Shown: positions 29,598 to 40,083, counted from the first letter of the stretch. The stretch is 64,000 nucleotides of DNA from an uncultured delta proteobacterium (GCA_963708295.1 CAVPSJ010000014.1:96001-160000); one strand, 5' to 3'. Notes: a model not told the origin generated them from the sequence alone. Translations and numbers: made by a program.

Positions 29598-29798
29598 TTA
29601 TGCAAGCTTTTTTTGTCTTTTAATGATTTCTGCCAGCGATCTCAATGCCTGATTTACAGAGTCGTGATCCGGGAAAATTTTGGCAACATCGGGCTCAATG
29701 ACTACAACATTTGTCCCCTCAGCATATCTTCTTGCATATTTCCCCCGGATGCCTTTGCTGAAATCATATTCTTCAAGCATGTCTGGATCTTTTGGCAT
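29598..29798 (-). CDS. Small BrnA-like antitoxin-type protein
   Basis: DMLEEYDFSKGIRGKY...VVIEPDVAKIFPDHDSVNQALRSL; no cognate toxin gene upstream. Confidence 0.6.
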   Translation of the reverse strand: MPKDPDMLEEYDFSKGIRGKYARRYAEGTNVVVIEPDVAKIFPDHDSVNQALRSLAEIIKRQKKLA

Positions 29799-29804
29799 TT
29801 TCTT

Positions 29805-29916
29805 TAAACATTCGATCTGAATCAAAGTCACGCCGACTTTTATTCTTGGCAAAGGACAGAGCTTCCTTTGCAGCATCCAACATATGCCGGATCCGAATCA
29901 GATCATCCCTGCGCAT
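29805..29916 (-). pseudogene. Truncated HEPN/DUF86 (HepT) toxin
   Basis: MRRDDLIRIRHMLDAAKEALSFAKNKSRRDFDSDRM then breaks off; overlaps the MNT stop codon. Confidence 0.7.
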
Positions 29917-30212
29917 ATTGAACCTCTGCAGAATCGAGCACCTGCTGTCTGAAATAGCGACTCAATTCTGCTGGCGTCCTCAAATCCACTTTCCTCTTAA
30001 GAATGCCTGAAAGCTCAATCTCCATTCCTGCCAAACGCAGCAGGCCAACAGTCTGACCTGATTCGAATTCCACAAGGACATCCACATCGCTGTCAGGACC
30101 AAAATCTTCCCGCAGAACAGAGCCAAAAAGAGAAAGTCTTACGGATATGATGTTTTCTGCAAAAAGCTTCGATTTTTTCCTTGGGGATCTCAAGCTTATT
30201 TTTTTCTCTCAT
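29903..30212 (-). CDS. Minimal nucleotidyltransferase (MNT/MntA antitoxin), frameshift ~30140
   Basis: LSLFGSVLREDFGPDSDVDVLVEF...RKVDLRT; N-terminus MREKNKLEIPKEKIEAFCRKHHI in the adjacent frame. Confidence 0.85.
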
Positions 30213-30424
30213 TGTCTCCACCTTGATACGCTTCTAAGATAAAATTCCAATTTAATAATACACAAAGACAAGCATTTGCAATTCAACCAATGCATCCACG
30301 GCCAAAGATCAGAATGGAATTATGGTTATGTTCTTAGAACCCCCGACTCACAATATTTCTGCCAAGAGAACTAATATCTTCCCGCCAATGCCTCATTTAA
30401 TGACTTCACTCAGAAGCAGATGCA

Positions 30425-31560
30425 TCAGGATAATCTATTTTTATAATCCTGATAATTGAATTCTCTGATTAATCTAAATCCTGACTCTTCGATTCCATAT
30501 TCCGATGGAGGGATGGTTGACGCCGTTGAACATCGTGGTTTTGACGGTCGTGTAATGAATCATGTCATCAAATATGATTTTGTCGCCGGGTTTTAATTCT
30601 TTATCAAACGACCAATTCCCCATGTAGTCGCCTGCCAGACAGCTGATCCCTCCCATTCGGTAAGTGGGTTTTCCTGCCAGTTCATCGGTAGCGCCCAGAA
30701 TAAAAGGTTTATAAGGCATCTCAAGGCAATCGGGCATATGGCAGGTAAATGAGACGTCGAGAATCGCTGTTTTGATGCCGTTATTTTCAACAATATCCAA
30801 TATCGTAGAAACCAGGTAACCGGTTTGATAAGTAAAAGCGCTGCCGGGTTCCAAGATGACTTGAACACCGTAATTATTTTTGAAATCAGTTAAGAGTTTA
30901 ATCAGATGGTTTGTATCGTAGCCTTTCTTTGTGATCAGATGACCACCGCCCATGTTCACCCATTTTAGCTTAGGTAAGAACTTGCCAAATTTCTTTATGA
31001 AAACAGCCAACACCTTTTCGAGCGCAAAGGAATCGGCCTCAAACAATGTATGAAAATGAAGCCCTTCAACCTCCCGGGGTAGGGCATCGCCAAGCTGCTC
31101 GGCAGTGATGCCAAATCGGGAGCCGGGTTTGCAGGGATTATAGATGTCATGGGGTGAATCTGAAAACTCTGGGTTCACACGCAAGCCAATCGAAACACCT
31201 TTTTGCCTGGCGACCTTGGAATACTTTCGCAGTTGGTTTATGGAATTAAAGGAGATATGACTGCTGTATTTCAAAATGTCTGAGATCGTCTTTTCTTCAT
31301 AAGCGGGCGAATAGGTGTGCGCCTTGACTCCGAGTTCCTCAAATGCCAATCGCGCTTCGTTGAGTGAACTTGCCGAAGCGCCAAATCCGTATTCTTTAAA
31401 GATCGGGAAAACTCCCCAGTTCGCAGAAGGCTTTAAAGGCAACGAGAATATCAACCGCAGCGGCGTCTCTAACCTGTTTTATTAAACCGAGGTTATTTCG
31501 GAGCAGAAGCTCATCGATCACATAACACGGGGACGGGATTTTGTTGAAGTCAATGGACAT
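30425..31560 (-). CDS. nspC: Carboxy(nor)spermidine decarboxylase (two frameshifts)
   Basis: IPSPCYVID, LVAFKAF, GLRVNPE, NPCKPGSRFG, HFHTL, NMGGGHLIT, LEPG, CLAGD, MIHYTTVKTTMFNG, DYKNRLS*. Confidence 0.9.
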
Positions 31561-31574
31561 GGTTATCTGAGAAA

Positions 31575-31716
31575 ATTGGAGTGTTGGAGCATTGGAGTGT
31601 CGGAATGCTGGAATACTTGGAGAAAACAATTTTCTCTAAACCCAATCCTGTTAATCTTTAAACCCAATATTCCATTCCTCCAGTCCTCTAATACTCCAGC
31701 ACTCCGTTACTCCAAA
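31575..31716. repeat. Inverted array of 8-nt tandem repeats (TTGGAGTG / CACTCCA)
   Basis: ttggagtg ttggagca ttggagtg tcggaatg ctggaata ... tattccat tcctccag ... tactccag cactccgt tactccaa. Confidence 0.7.
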
Positions 31717-31719
31717 CTC

Positions 31720-32913
31720 TTACAGTTCCAGATCGACATCATGCAATTCATGCCACGGCAGTCCATGGATGTTCAATTGCTCCATGAAGGGGTCGGGGTC
31801 AAATTCTTCAACATTAAAGACGCCGGCCTTTTTCCATTTACCGGTCACAAACATCATGGCGCCAATCATGGCGGGCACGCCAGTCGTATAACTCACGCCT
31901 TGAGCGCCGGTTTCCTTATAGGCATCCTGGTGTTTACAATTATTATAGATGTAATAGGTTTTCTCCTTACGATTCTTCATCCCTTTGATCCGGCAGCCGA
32001 TGGAAGTCTCACCTGAGTAATGTTCGCCGAGTGCGCCCGGATTAGGCAGTACCGCTTTGAGGAATTGAAGAGGCACAATTTCTTTGCCTTCATACAGGAC
32101 AGGTTTAATACTGGCCATTCCGATATTTTGAATCACACGCAAATGGGTTAAATATTCCTGTCCGAACGTCATCCAGAATCGAGCTCGTTTCAGGGTCGAA
32201 AAATGTTTGACCAGTGATTCTAATTCTTCGTGGTAAATCAGATAAGACTCCCGGGGCCCGATATTCGGATAATTCAACGGCTTGTGGATTTCGTGGGGTT
32301 CCGTCTCAATCCATTTTCCATTCTCCCAGTATTTCCCTTTTTGGGTGACTTCACGAATATTGATTTCCGGGTTGAAGTTGGTTGCAAAGGGTTTTCCGTG
32401 GTCGCCTGCATTACAGTCAACGATATCCAGACAATGAATTTCGTCAAAATGATGTTTAGAGGCATAGGCGGTGAAAACTCCTGTCACCCCCGGATCGAAA
32501 CCGCAGCCTAAAATCGCCGTGAGTCCTGCCTTTTTGAACCTGTCGTGGTAGGCCCATTGCCATTTATATTCGAATTTGGCGACATCGGGTGGCTCATAAT
32601 TTGCGGTATCCAGATAACTCACTCCCGTTTCCAGGCAGGCATCCATGATCGTTAAGTCTTGATAAGGGAGCGCAACGTTGATAACCAGTTCCGGTTTGAA
32701 ATTCTTAAACAATGTAACGAGCTGGCCGACGTTATCCGCATCCACCTGAGCGGTCTTAATCTTACCGGCGCCAATGGCCTTGGCAATGGCATCACACTTT
32801 GATTTTGTGCGGCTTGCCAGCAGAATGTCCGTAAACACCTGCGGGACCTTCGCCACTTTATGGGCCACGACGGTCCCCACACCTCCTGCCCCGATCATCA
32901 ATACTTTAGCCAT
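31720..32913 (-). CDS. Carboxy(nor)spermidine dehydrogenase (saccharopine dehydrogenase family, CASDH/CANSDH)
   Basis: IGAGGVG, INVALPYQDLTIMDAC, YLDTANYEP, GCGFDPG, FATNFNPEINIRE, SYTTGVPA; directly upstream of nspC. Confidence 0.92.
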   Translation of the reverse strand: MAKVLMIGAGGVGTVVAHKVAKVPQVFTDILLASRTKSKCDAIAKAIGAGKIKTAQVDADNVGQLVTLFKNFKPELVINVALPYQDLTIMDACLETGVSYLDTANYEPPDVAKFEYKWQWAYHDRFKKAGLTAILGCGFDPGVTGVFTAYASKHHFDEIHCLDIVDCNAGDHGKPFATNFNPEINIREVTQKGKYWENGKWIETEPHEIHKPLNYPNIGPRESYLIYHEELESLVKHFSTLKRARFWMTFGQEYLTHLRVIQNIGMASIKPVLYEGKEIVPLQFLKAVLPNPGALGEHYSGETSIGCRIKGMKNRKEKTYYIYNNCKHQDAYKETGAQGVSYTTGVPAMIGAMMFVTGKWKKAGVFNVEEFDPDPFMEQLNIHGLPWHELHDVDLEL

Positions 32914-32951
32914 GGTCGATCACCGCCTGCTCCACTTCTCCGAGAGAACAG

Positions 32952-33017
32952 TATAAGAAGAATTTAGTTTAATAAAATAAACGAAAAAATTATAACGCCC
33001 TTTTTTGCTTTGTCAAG
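32952..33017 (-). promoter_or_regulatory. sigma70 promoter + operator, copy B
   Basis: TTGACA (33011-33016) -16bp- TATAAT (32989-32994); GTTTA-N6-TAAAC at 32967-32982; matches 21179-21247. Confidence 0.8.
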
Positions 33018-33074
33018 CACTTTTTGTGAAGCAATGTTTCGAGGGTGTTCCCCTCACTCTCTGTCGTTGCAAAT

Positions 33075-33232
33075 TCCCATCCCCCTCCTAACCTCCCCCT
33101 TGAAGGGGGAGGAGAAAGTGTTTCGCCTTCCTTGTAGTGGGAAGAGAATAGCGATTTCCGTTCATTTCACGGGAAGGGAGTTTTTCTACCTCACCCTCCC
33201 CTTCAGGGGGAGGGAAAGGGTGGGGGTGGGGT
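33075..33232. repeat. REP-like composite hairpin element
   Basis: cccatccccctcctaacctcccccttgaagggggagga ... ccctccccttcagggggaggg...agggtgggggtgggg; homologous to 36600-36723. Confidence 0.7.
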
Positions 33233-33381
33233 GTGACAGAGCAATAATTGGGACACAGTTTCCCGGGCGGAGGGAGGACGGCTGCGGGCGCAAGCAAGGG
33301 AAGGGAATGAGGAGATGCAGGCTCCGGATCTTACGTCTTTACAGGGGGTTGCTTTTGAGTTAATTTTTCTGAGAGGGATTT

Positions 33382-36197
33382 ATGGAAAAGATCATCATTC
33401 GGGGCGCGAAGGTCCATAACTTAAAGAATATCGACGTGGAGATTCCCCGGAACTGTTTGGTGGTGATCACCGGGCTGAGCGGGTCCGGCAAGTCCACCCT
33501 CGCGTTTGATACCCTGTATGCCGAAGGACAAAGAAGGTATGTGGAGTCCCTCTCCGCCTATGCGCGGCAGTTTCTGGAGCAGATGGAGAGGGCCAACGTT
33601 GAGTCCATTGAAGGTCTTTCTCCTGCGATCGCTATCGATCAAAGGGGGATGTCAAGAAACCCGCGCTCGACGGTGGGTACGGTGACGGAGATCTATGATT
33701 ATCTCCGGCTCCTCTTTGCGAGGGTCGGAGAGCCTTTCTGCCCCCATTGCGGCTCTCCCATTTCGTCACAAACCCTTCAGCAGATGACGGAGACCCTTCT
33801 CCGCCTTCCCAAAGGGACATCCCTTACCATCCTTTCCCCCATCGTCAGGGATAAGAAAGGGGAATACCGGAAGGAGCTGGAGAATCTCCGCGGGGACGGT
33901 TTTGTAAGGGTGAGAATTGACGGGCAGATGAGAGACCTCAGCGAAGAAATCCGTTTGGATAAGAATAAGCGCCACGAGATCGACGTCGTGGTGGATCGTC
34001 TGGCGGTCAAGGAAGGGGCCGAAAAGAGAATCAACGATTCCCTGGAGATCGCTTCGCACCTTTCAGAAGGAATTGTAAAAGTGGAGCGGGAGGGATCCGC
34101 TCCCATCGTCTTCAGCCAGAAATTCTCCTGCATCCATTGCGGATTCAGTTTTCCCGAGATCACACCGCGGATGTTCTCTTTCAACAGTCCCCAGGGCGCC
34201 TGTTCCGGCTGCGGCGGATTGGGAACAAAGCGCTATTTTGACCCCGGGCTCATCGTTCCGAATCCCTCTCTCTCGTTGAACGAAGGTGCGATTCTTCCGT
34301 GGAAGGAGAGAGAAGAGGCTTTTCTAAGACCGATCCTGGAAGGATTGGCGAAACAGTATCGTTTCGACCCCGATGCTCCGTTTAATCGGTTGTCCAAATC
34401 CGTTCAGCATCTTCTCCTCTATGGGTCCGGAGGAGAAAAAATTTCCTTCAAGGTGAAGGGAAAGAAGAAGGCCCAACTCTTCCGGCAGGAGTTTGAGGGA
34501 GTGATTCCGGAAATGGAAAGGAGATCGAAAGAGCAGGAAGAGGACGATGAGGATTCCGAGGAATATAGGAATGTGGCCCCCTGTCCCGATTGCGGGGGGG
34601 CGCGACTGAAAAAGGAAGTGCTTTCCGTCAAGGTGGGTGGAAAGTCGATTGCCGAAGTCACCCATCTCTATGTTAAGGAGGCGTTGGATTTCTTAAAGCG
34701 TTTGGAGTTATCCCCGAGGTCTCAAAGAATTGCCCAAGGAATCCTGAAAGAGATCGAAGAGCGGTTGAGGTTTATGATGGAGGTCGGCCTGGATTATCTT
34801 ACCCTTGACCGGACGGCTGCCACCCTCTCCGGGGGCGAGTCTCAACGCATCCGTCTGGCGACCCAGATCGGGTCGAGTCTGGTGGGGGTGCTCTACATTC
34901 TGGATGAGCCCAGCATCGGGCTTCATCAAAGGGACCACCTGCGCCTTCTGGGGACGTTGAAACGATTAAGAGATCTGGGGAATACCGTTATCGTTGTCGA
35001 ACATGACGAGGAGACGATTCGATCCGCCGATTATATCATTGATATGGGACCCGGACCCGGGGAGAGGGGGGTGAAGTGGTCTTCACGGGATCTCCCGAGA
35101 CCCTGGTGAAGGCAGAGCATTCGTTGACCGGTCAATATCTTTCCGGGAAAAGATTCATCCCTCTCCCGACACAGAGAAGACCTGTGGCGGGGAAGTATCT
35201 CGTCCTCCATGGGGCCAACGCGAATAATCTGAAGAACATTGATGTGAAGATTCCCGTGGGGGTGTTCACCTGCGTCACGGGCGTTTCAGGGTCGGGTAAA
35301 TCCACCTTGATTATCGATACGCTCTATTGCCTGCTGGCACAGCAGCTTTATCGCCTTTCCCAGCGTTGTGTCTCCGTTCAGGGGATGGAAGGGCTGGAGC
35401 ACGTGGATAAGGTGATCCACGTGGATCAAATGCCGATCGGGAGAACCCCCCGATCCAACCCGGCAACCTATACCGGTGTGTTCCAGCCCATTCGGGAGCT
35501 CTTCGCCCAGCTTCCCGAATCGAGGATGAGAGGGTTTATGCCGGGTCGCTTCAGCTTTAACGTGTCCGGAGGACGGTGCGAAACGTGCCGCGGGGACGGC
35601 GTCTTGAAGGTAGAGATGCAATTCCTTCCGGATGTATACGTGACCTGTGAGGAATGTCATGGAAAACGGTACAACCGGGAGACGCTGGAGATCCGGTATA
35701 AAGGAAAAACCATTTCTGAAGTACTGGAGATGACGGCAGAAGAGGCGGATGATTTTTTCCAGGCAATCCCTGCGATCCGCCAAAAACTCCGGACCCTCTG
35801 CGATGTCGGCCTCGGATACCTCAAGTTAGGCCAGCCCGCCACAACACTCTCGGGCGGAGAGGCCCAGAGGATTAAGCTGGCAAGGGAATTGAGCAAAAGG
35901 GAGACGGGGAGGAGCGTCTACATTCTAGATGAACCCACGACGGGCCTCCATTTTGCGGATATTCAGAGATTGCTCGACGTCCTCAACCGGCTTACAGACC
36001 GGGGGAACACGGTCATTGTGATCGAACACAATATGGAAGTGATCAAGTCCGCCGATTATATTATTGACCTGGGCCCGGAAGGTGGCGAAAATGGGGGAGA
36101 GGTTATCGGAAGCGGAACGCCGGAGGAATTGATTCGAAATCCGCTCTCTTTTACGGGACAATATTTGAAAAAGAAAATGGCCAGAGATTTTACATAA
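33382..36197 (+). CDS. uvrA: Excinuclease ABC subunit A (frameshift ~35065)
   Basis: Two ABC cassettes ([21 protein letters not shown] twice), zinc fingers, [11 protein letters not shown]. Confidence 0.96.
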
Positions 36198-36211
36198 GGG
36201 GGGAGGACGCC

Positions 36212-36538
36212 ATGGAAGAGAAAGGAAGATCAAGCACAGGACTCGACGAGAACGTCGCCGGGTTCTTCTGTTATCTCCTCGGATTCATCACGGGGATTGT
36301 CTTTTTGGTGGTGGAGAAGGAGAGCCGTTTCGTAAAGTTTCATGCGAAGCAATCGACCATCACATTCCTCGGTCTTTTCGTCGTGATGCTCATCTTCGGA
36401 TGGATTCCTGTCCTGAGCATCCTGGTCTTTATTTTCACCCTAATCCTGTGGCTTATCCTTATGGTCAAAGCCCTGCGGGGAGAGAAATACATGTTGCCCG
36501 TCGTTGGGAAGTTGGTCGAGGAAAAGACAGGGCAGTAA
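36212..36538 (+). CDS. DUF4870-type small membrane protein
   Basis: STGLDENVAG..CYLLGFITG....E..FVKFHAKQS...YMLPVVG. Confidence 0.8.
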   Translation: MEEKGRSSTGLDENVAGFFCYLLGFITGIVFLVVEKESRFVKFHAKQSTITFLGLFVVMLIFGWIPVLSILVFIFTLILWLILMVKALRGEKYMLPVVGKLVEEKTGQ

Positions 36539-36599
36539 ACCTGCATGTTGCATTGGAAAGGGCGGTTAGGTGTGCTTTCAGACCTTTACCAATTAACGC

Positions 36600-36723
36600 G
36601 CCCAGCCCATCCCCCTCCCAACCTCCCCCTTGAAGGAGGAGGGGAATAGAACTTCCCCCTTCAGGGGAGAGGAACATGACGATTTCCCTCCCTCTCAGGG
36701 GGAGGGATAGGGTGGGGGTGGGG
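36600..36723. repeat. REP-like composite hairpin element (three hairpins)
   Basis: Same units as 33075-33232. Confidence 0.7.
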
Positions 36724-36794
36724 CAATCAGATGTTCATTCAATTGTGGAGTCATTGGTAGGTAAGGGCAGCAGAAGTCAAACAAGGATTCCCGC

Positions 36795-37439
36795 ATGAAG
36801 CGAAAGTCTCAGAAAAAAGGACAGAAAAAAAGTCGGAAGAAAGGCGGTGCAGGAAAGGCTCTGTTTTTTCTCATCGTCATCGGCCTCGCTTTATTTCTGG
36901 CGTACCAGTTTCGCAGGGAAATATTAAAATCGTTGGAACCTTTCCTGGAAAAAACACCGGAGAAAAGACTGGAGAGGAGGGCGGAGAAGGAACCGAAGAA
37001 AAAAACCGCCCGGCAGGAGAGAAAGATCGTCACCCTTTATTTTTCCGGAGAGGAAGAGGAATATCTGACGGGTGAAAGAAGGGAGATTTTAAACAAAGAG
37101 GATGCCCAGGAGGAAGCGAAGGAGGTCATCCACGAGCTGATCAAAGGACCGAAGGGGAAACTGATCCGAACCCTTCCCCCCCGAACAAAGTTGCTGGGCC
37201 TTCGAATCGATGAGAAGGGGTTGGCCAAGGTTAATTTCGACAAGGCTCTTTCCAGAGATCATCCCGGGGGAAGTTCGGCGGAGATCATGACGGTTTATTC
37301 GATTGTCAATTCCCTCGCCTTCAATTTTCCACAGATCAAAGAGGTTCAAATCCTCATCGAGGGGAGAGTTGAGGGTATCACTGGCCACCTTGTTTTGGAT
37401 CGTCCCATCTCTTCGAAGGCCGACCTGATTAAGAAATAG
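36795..37439 (+). CDS. GerMN domain membrane-anchored protein
   Basis: N-terminal TM; VTLYF, ELIKGP, VNF, GGSSAE..VYSIVNSL, VQILIEG, GHLVL. Confidence 0.85.
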   Translation: MKRKSQKKGQKKSRKKGGAGKALFFLIVIGLALFLAYQFRREILKSLEPFLEKTPEKRLERRAEKEPKKKTARQERKIVTLYFSGEEEEYLTGERREILNKEDAQEEAKEVIHELIKGPKGKLIRTLPPRTKLLGLRIDEKGLAKVNFDKALSRDHPGGSSAEIMTVYSIVNSLAFNFPQIKEVQILIEGRVEGITGHLVLDRPISSKADLIKK

Positions 37440-37507
37440 CAAAAGGAATAGGAATGGATACGTTCGACGGCGCCAACCCCGATTTTAGAATCCGGGTTTG
37501 GCGCCGC

Positions 37508-37598
37508 TTCCATCGACAAGCCTTTCGGCAGGCCTCTCGTCAAGCTCGAGGCCATGAGTGTATCGAGTGGCTCACCATCCCGAGCGGAGTCGAGGGAC
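37508..37598. repeat. REP-like element (TCGACAAGCTC...GAGCGGAGTCGAGGG type, nested)
   Basis: tcgacaagcc...tcgtcaagctcgagg...catcccgagcggagtcgaggga. Confidence 0.45.
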
Positions 37599-37707
37599 AG
37601 ACCGGTGTGTCGAATGGGTTGATTTAATAAGAGATTGATGATATTCTTAAGACGCTGGAATGTCGAAGGTTTTCATTCTTCTTAGCATTCCATGCGCTAG
37701 GGATCCT

Positions 37708-38988
37708 ATGCTTGAAGCTAAATATATTCGTGAACATCTCGACGAGGTCCGGGGAAGACTGGCCTTAAGAGGCCAAACGATCGATCTGGACCGGTTTGTG
37801 CTGATTGACGGGGAGCGGAGAAAAACAATCCAGGAGTGGGAAAGATTGAGGGCCCTCCAGAAGAAAGTCTCTGATGAGGTGAGCAGGAAGAAAAAGGAAG
37901 GCCAGGCCGCCTCTGGGTTAATTGAGGAAATGAAGAAGGTCTCCCAAGAATTGAAAGGGTTGGACTCAATTGTCGAAGAGAAGGAGAAAGCTCTGCAGGA
38001 TTTTCTCCTCGTTGTTCCGAACCTTCCCCATTCATCTGTTCCCGAAGGAAAGGATTCGTCGGACAATGTGGAGGTCAAACGATGGGGGGAGATCCCAAAA
38101 TTCGACTTTGAACCCAAACCGCACTGGGATTTAGGAGAGGAGCTGGGGATCCTTGATTTCAAGAACGGAGCGAAGATTACCGGAGCACGTTTCACTCTCT
38201 ACTGGGATCTCGGTGCAAAACTGGAAAGAGCGCTGATCAATTTTATGCTCGATCTCCACACGCGGGAGCATGGGTATCGTGAAGTGCTTCCTCCGTTTAT
38301 GGTCAACCGGACAACGATGACAGGCACCGGGCAGCTCCCGAAGTTTGAAGAAGAGCTTTTTAAGGTGGAGGGGACGGATTACTTTCTAATCCCGACTGCG
38401 GAAGTACCGGTGACGAACATCCATCAGGATGACGTTCTTGAAGAGAAGATGCTTCCTCTTTGCTATACCGCCTATACCCCTTGCTTCAGGAAAGAGGCCG
38501 GATCTTACGGAAAAGACACGCGGGGGCTGATTCGGCAGCACCAGTTCAACAAGGTAGAGCTGGTAAAGTTCACAACGCCCGAAAGCTCATACGGGGAACT
38601 GGAGAAATTGCTCTCCAATGCCGAAGAGGTTTTGAAAAGGTTGAAACTTGCCTACAGGGTTGTTAATCTTTGTACCGGGGATTTAGGGTTTTCGGCCGCG
38701 AAGACTTATGACATTGAAGTGTGGCTCCCTGGCCAGAATACATATAAGGAGATTTCCTCCTGCAGCAACTTTGAGGATTTTCAAGCCAGAAGGGCAAAGA
38801 TTCGATACCGTATTGCTGGAAAGAATAAAACAGAGTTCGTCCATACCCTCAACGGCTCCGGACTGGCCGTTGGGAGGACCCTGGTGGCAATTCTAGAAAA
38901 CTATCAGCAGGCGGATGGGAGCGTCATCATCCCTGAAGCTTTACGGCCTTATTTATACGGAGTGGAAAAGATAGAAAAAAAGAAATGA
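37708..38988 (+). CDS. serS: Serine--tRNA ligase
   Basis: [54 protein letters not shown]. Confidence 0.98.
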   Translation: MLEAKYIREHLDEVRGRLALRGQTIDLDRFVLIDGERRKTIQEWERLRALQKKVSDEVSRKKKEGQAASGLIEEMKKVSQELKGLDSIVEEKEKALQDFLLVVPNLPHSSVPEGKDSSDNVEVKRWGEIPKFDFEPKPHWDLGEELGILDFKNGAKITGARFTLYWDLGAKLERALINFMLDLHTREHGYREVLPPFMVNRTTMTGTGQLPKFEEELFKVEGTDYFLIPTAEVPVTNIHQDDVLEEKMLPLCYTAYTPCFRKEAGSYGKDTRGLIRQHQFNKVELVKFTTPESSYGELEKLLSNAEEVLKRLKLAYRVVNLCTGDLGFSAAKTYDIEVWLPGQNTYKEISSCSNFEDFQARRAKIRYRIAGKNKTEFVHTLNGSGLAVGRTLVAILENYQQADGSVIIPEALRPYLYGVEKIEKKK

Positions 38989-39039
38989 TTTTTAAAGCGC
39001 TCTGCTCCGAGCGCTATGCGCTTTGCGTTGAGTCGAAAC

Positions 39040-39126
39040 GGAGGGATGGCCGAGTGGTTTAAGGCGGCGGTCTTGAAAACCGCTTCTCTGAAAGGGACGT
39101 GGGTTCGAATCCTACTCCCTCCGCCA
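39040..39126 (+). tRNA. tRNA-Ser(TGA)
   Basis: GGAGGGA acceptor stem, anticodon arm gcggt-ctTGAaa-accgc, long variable arm, GGTTCGAATCC, CCA end. Confidence 0.95.
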
Positions 39127-39220
39127 TGTACTTTCGACCGAGCACATCCCTCTCTCTCGGCGGAAGCCGATCAGAGAGTGATATAGATATAGAGAGTGGA
39201 CAGATCAGGCAAGTCGGTGT

Positions 39221-39313
39221 GGAGAGATGCCCGAGAGGCCGAAGGGGCTCGCCTGCTAAGCGAGTATCCCCCTTAAAAGGGGATCGAGGGTTCGAATCCC
39301 TCTCTCTCCGCCA
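39221..39313 (+). tRNA. tRNA-Ser(GCT)
   Basis: GGAGAGA acceptor stem, ctcgc-ctGCTaa-gcgag, long variable arm, GGTTCGAATCC, CCA end. Confidence 0.95.
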
Positions 39314-39340
39314 TGGACTTTGCAATGTGAATAATTGGAA

Positions 39341-39448
39341 TAAGGGATGAGAACCCTTCCCCGACCTCGGGAGGGGAATTGGTTCGGCGACCCGGAGGGG
39401 AGGCGGAAGGAGCGGAGCGGATGAGCACATCCCTCTCTCTCCGCCATG
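39341..39448 (+). repeat. tRNA-linked repeat ending in a copy of the tRNA-Ser 3' end
   Basis: gggatgagaacc...gagcacatccctctctctccgccatg; partial copies at ~39140-39158 and ~39528-39545. Confidence 0.65.
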
Positions 39449-39614
39449 CACCACGTGGGGTGCATGGCAGCCCTGAACTCCACGTAGTTCAGGGCGCCAT
39501 TGCTAAATACAGCAATATTTTTGGAAGAGGGGATGAGAACCTTCCGCGACCTTTGTCAACTTGTCGTGTCGTCTAAAATATTTTGGACTTGACGTGACAA
39601 CAAGGAAGAAATTT

Positions 39615-39947
39615 ATGAAAAGGCTAAAATATGGAATTGTGTTTTTTTCGCTTTTTGCGTTTTTGTTCGTTGTCAGCTTAGAGACTGCTTTCGCTCAACA
39701 GATGTCTACATTTGAGGGAAGCGTTGCCGGCATAACTACTAAATTTAAAAAAGGGATTATCAGCGTCAAAGGGAATAAGGGAGAGATTGTAAATTTTGCC
39801 GTTGGCATTCGGACTGTCTATGTTCCTTCGCGTTATCCCGGTGTCGGTGAAAGGGTGAAAATCACTTATTCCCTTGAGAGGGGTCAAAACGCAGCTTATA
39901 CGGTTGAAATCCTTGCTACGCCTGCAGCTCCCCCTCCAAAAAAGTAG
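39615..39947 (+). CDS. Small exported hypothetical protein (OB-fold-like)
   Basis: Signal peptide ending AFA; beta-rich FEGSV...VGERVKITY...AYTVEI. Confidence 0.7.
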   Translation: MKRLKYGIVFFSLFAFLFVVSLETAFAQQMSTFEGSVAGITTKFKKGIISVKGNKGEIVNFAVGIRTVYVPSRYPGVGERVKITYSLERGQNAAYTVEILATPAAPPPKK

Positions 39948-39962
39948 ATGACAGTAAGGGAA

Positions 39963-40039
39963 GCGCCCATAGCTCAGATGGATAGAGCGTCGGACTACGA
40001 ATCCGCAGGTCGCCCGTTCGAGTCGGGCTGGGCGCGCCA
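39963..40039 (+). tRNA. tRNA-Arg(ACG)
   Basis: GCGCCCA acceptor stem, cgga-ctACGaa-tccg, GTTCGAGTC, CCA end. Confidence 0.95.
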
Positions 40040-40047
40040 ATTAAGAC

Positions 40048-40083
40048 AATGGGTTAGGCAATGTAGCCTAACCCATTTTTTTG
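40048..40083 (+). terminator. Rho-independent terminator after tRNA-Arg
   Basis: aatgggttaggc-aatgta-gcctaacccatt followed by a T-run. Confidence 0.8.

Noticed and set aside
35060-35080. Programmed frameshift in uvrA
   Set aside because: Falls in a G-run in an assembly with many similar indels; sequencing error is the simpler explanation.
39040-39313. One of the long-arm tRNAs as tRNA-Sec
   Set aside because: Anticodons read TGA and GCT (both Ser), not TCA; 7-bp acceptor stems.
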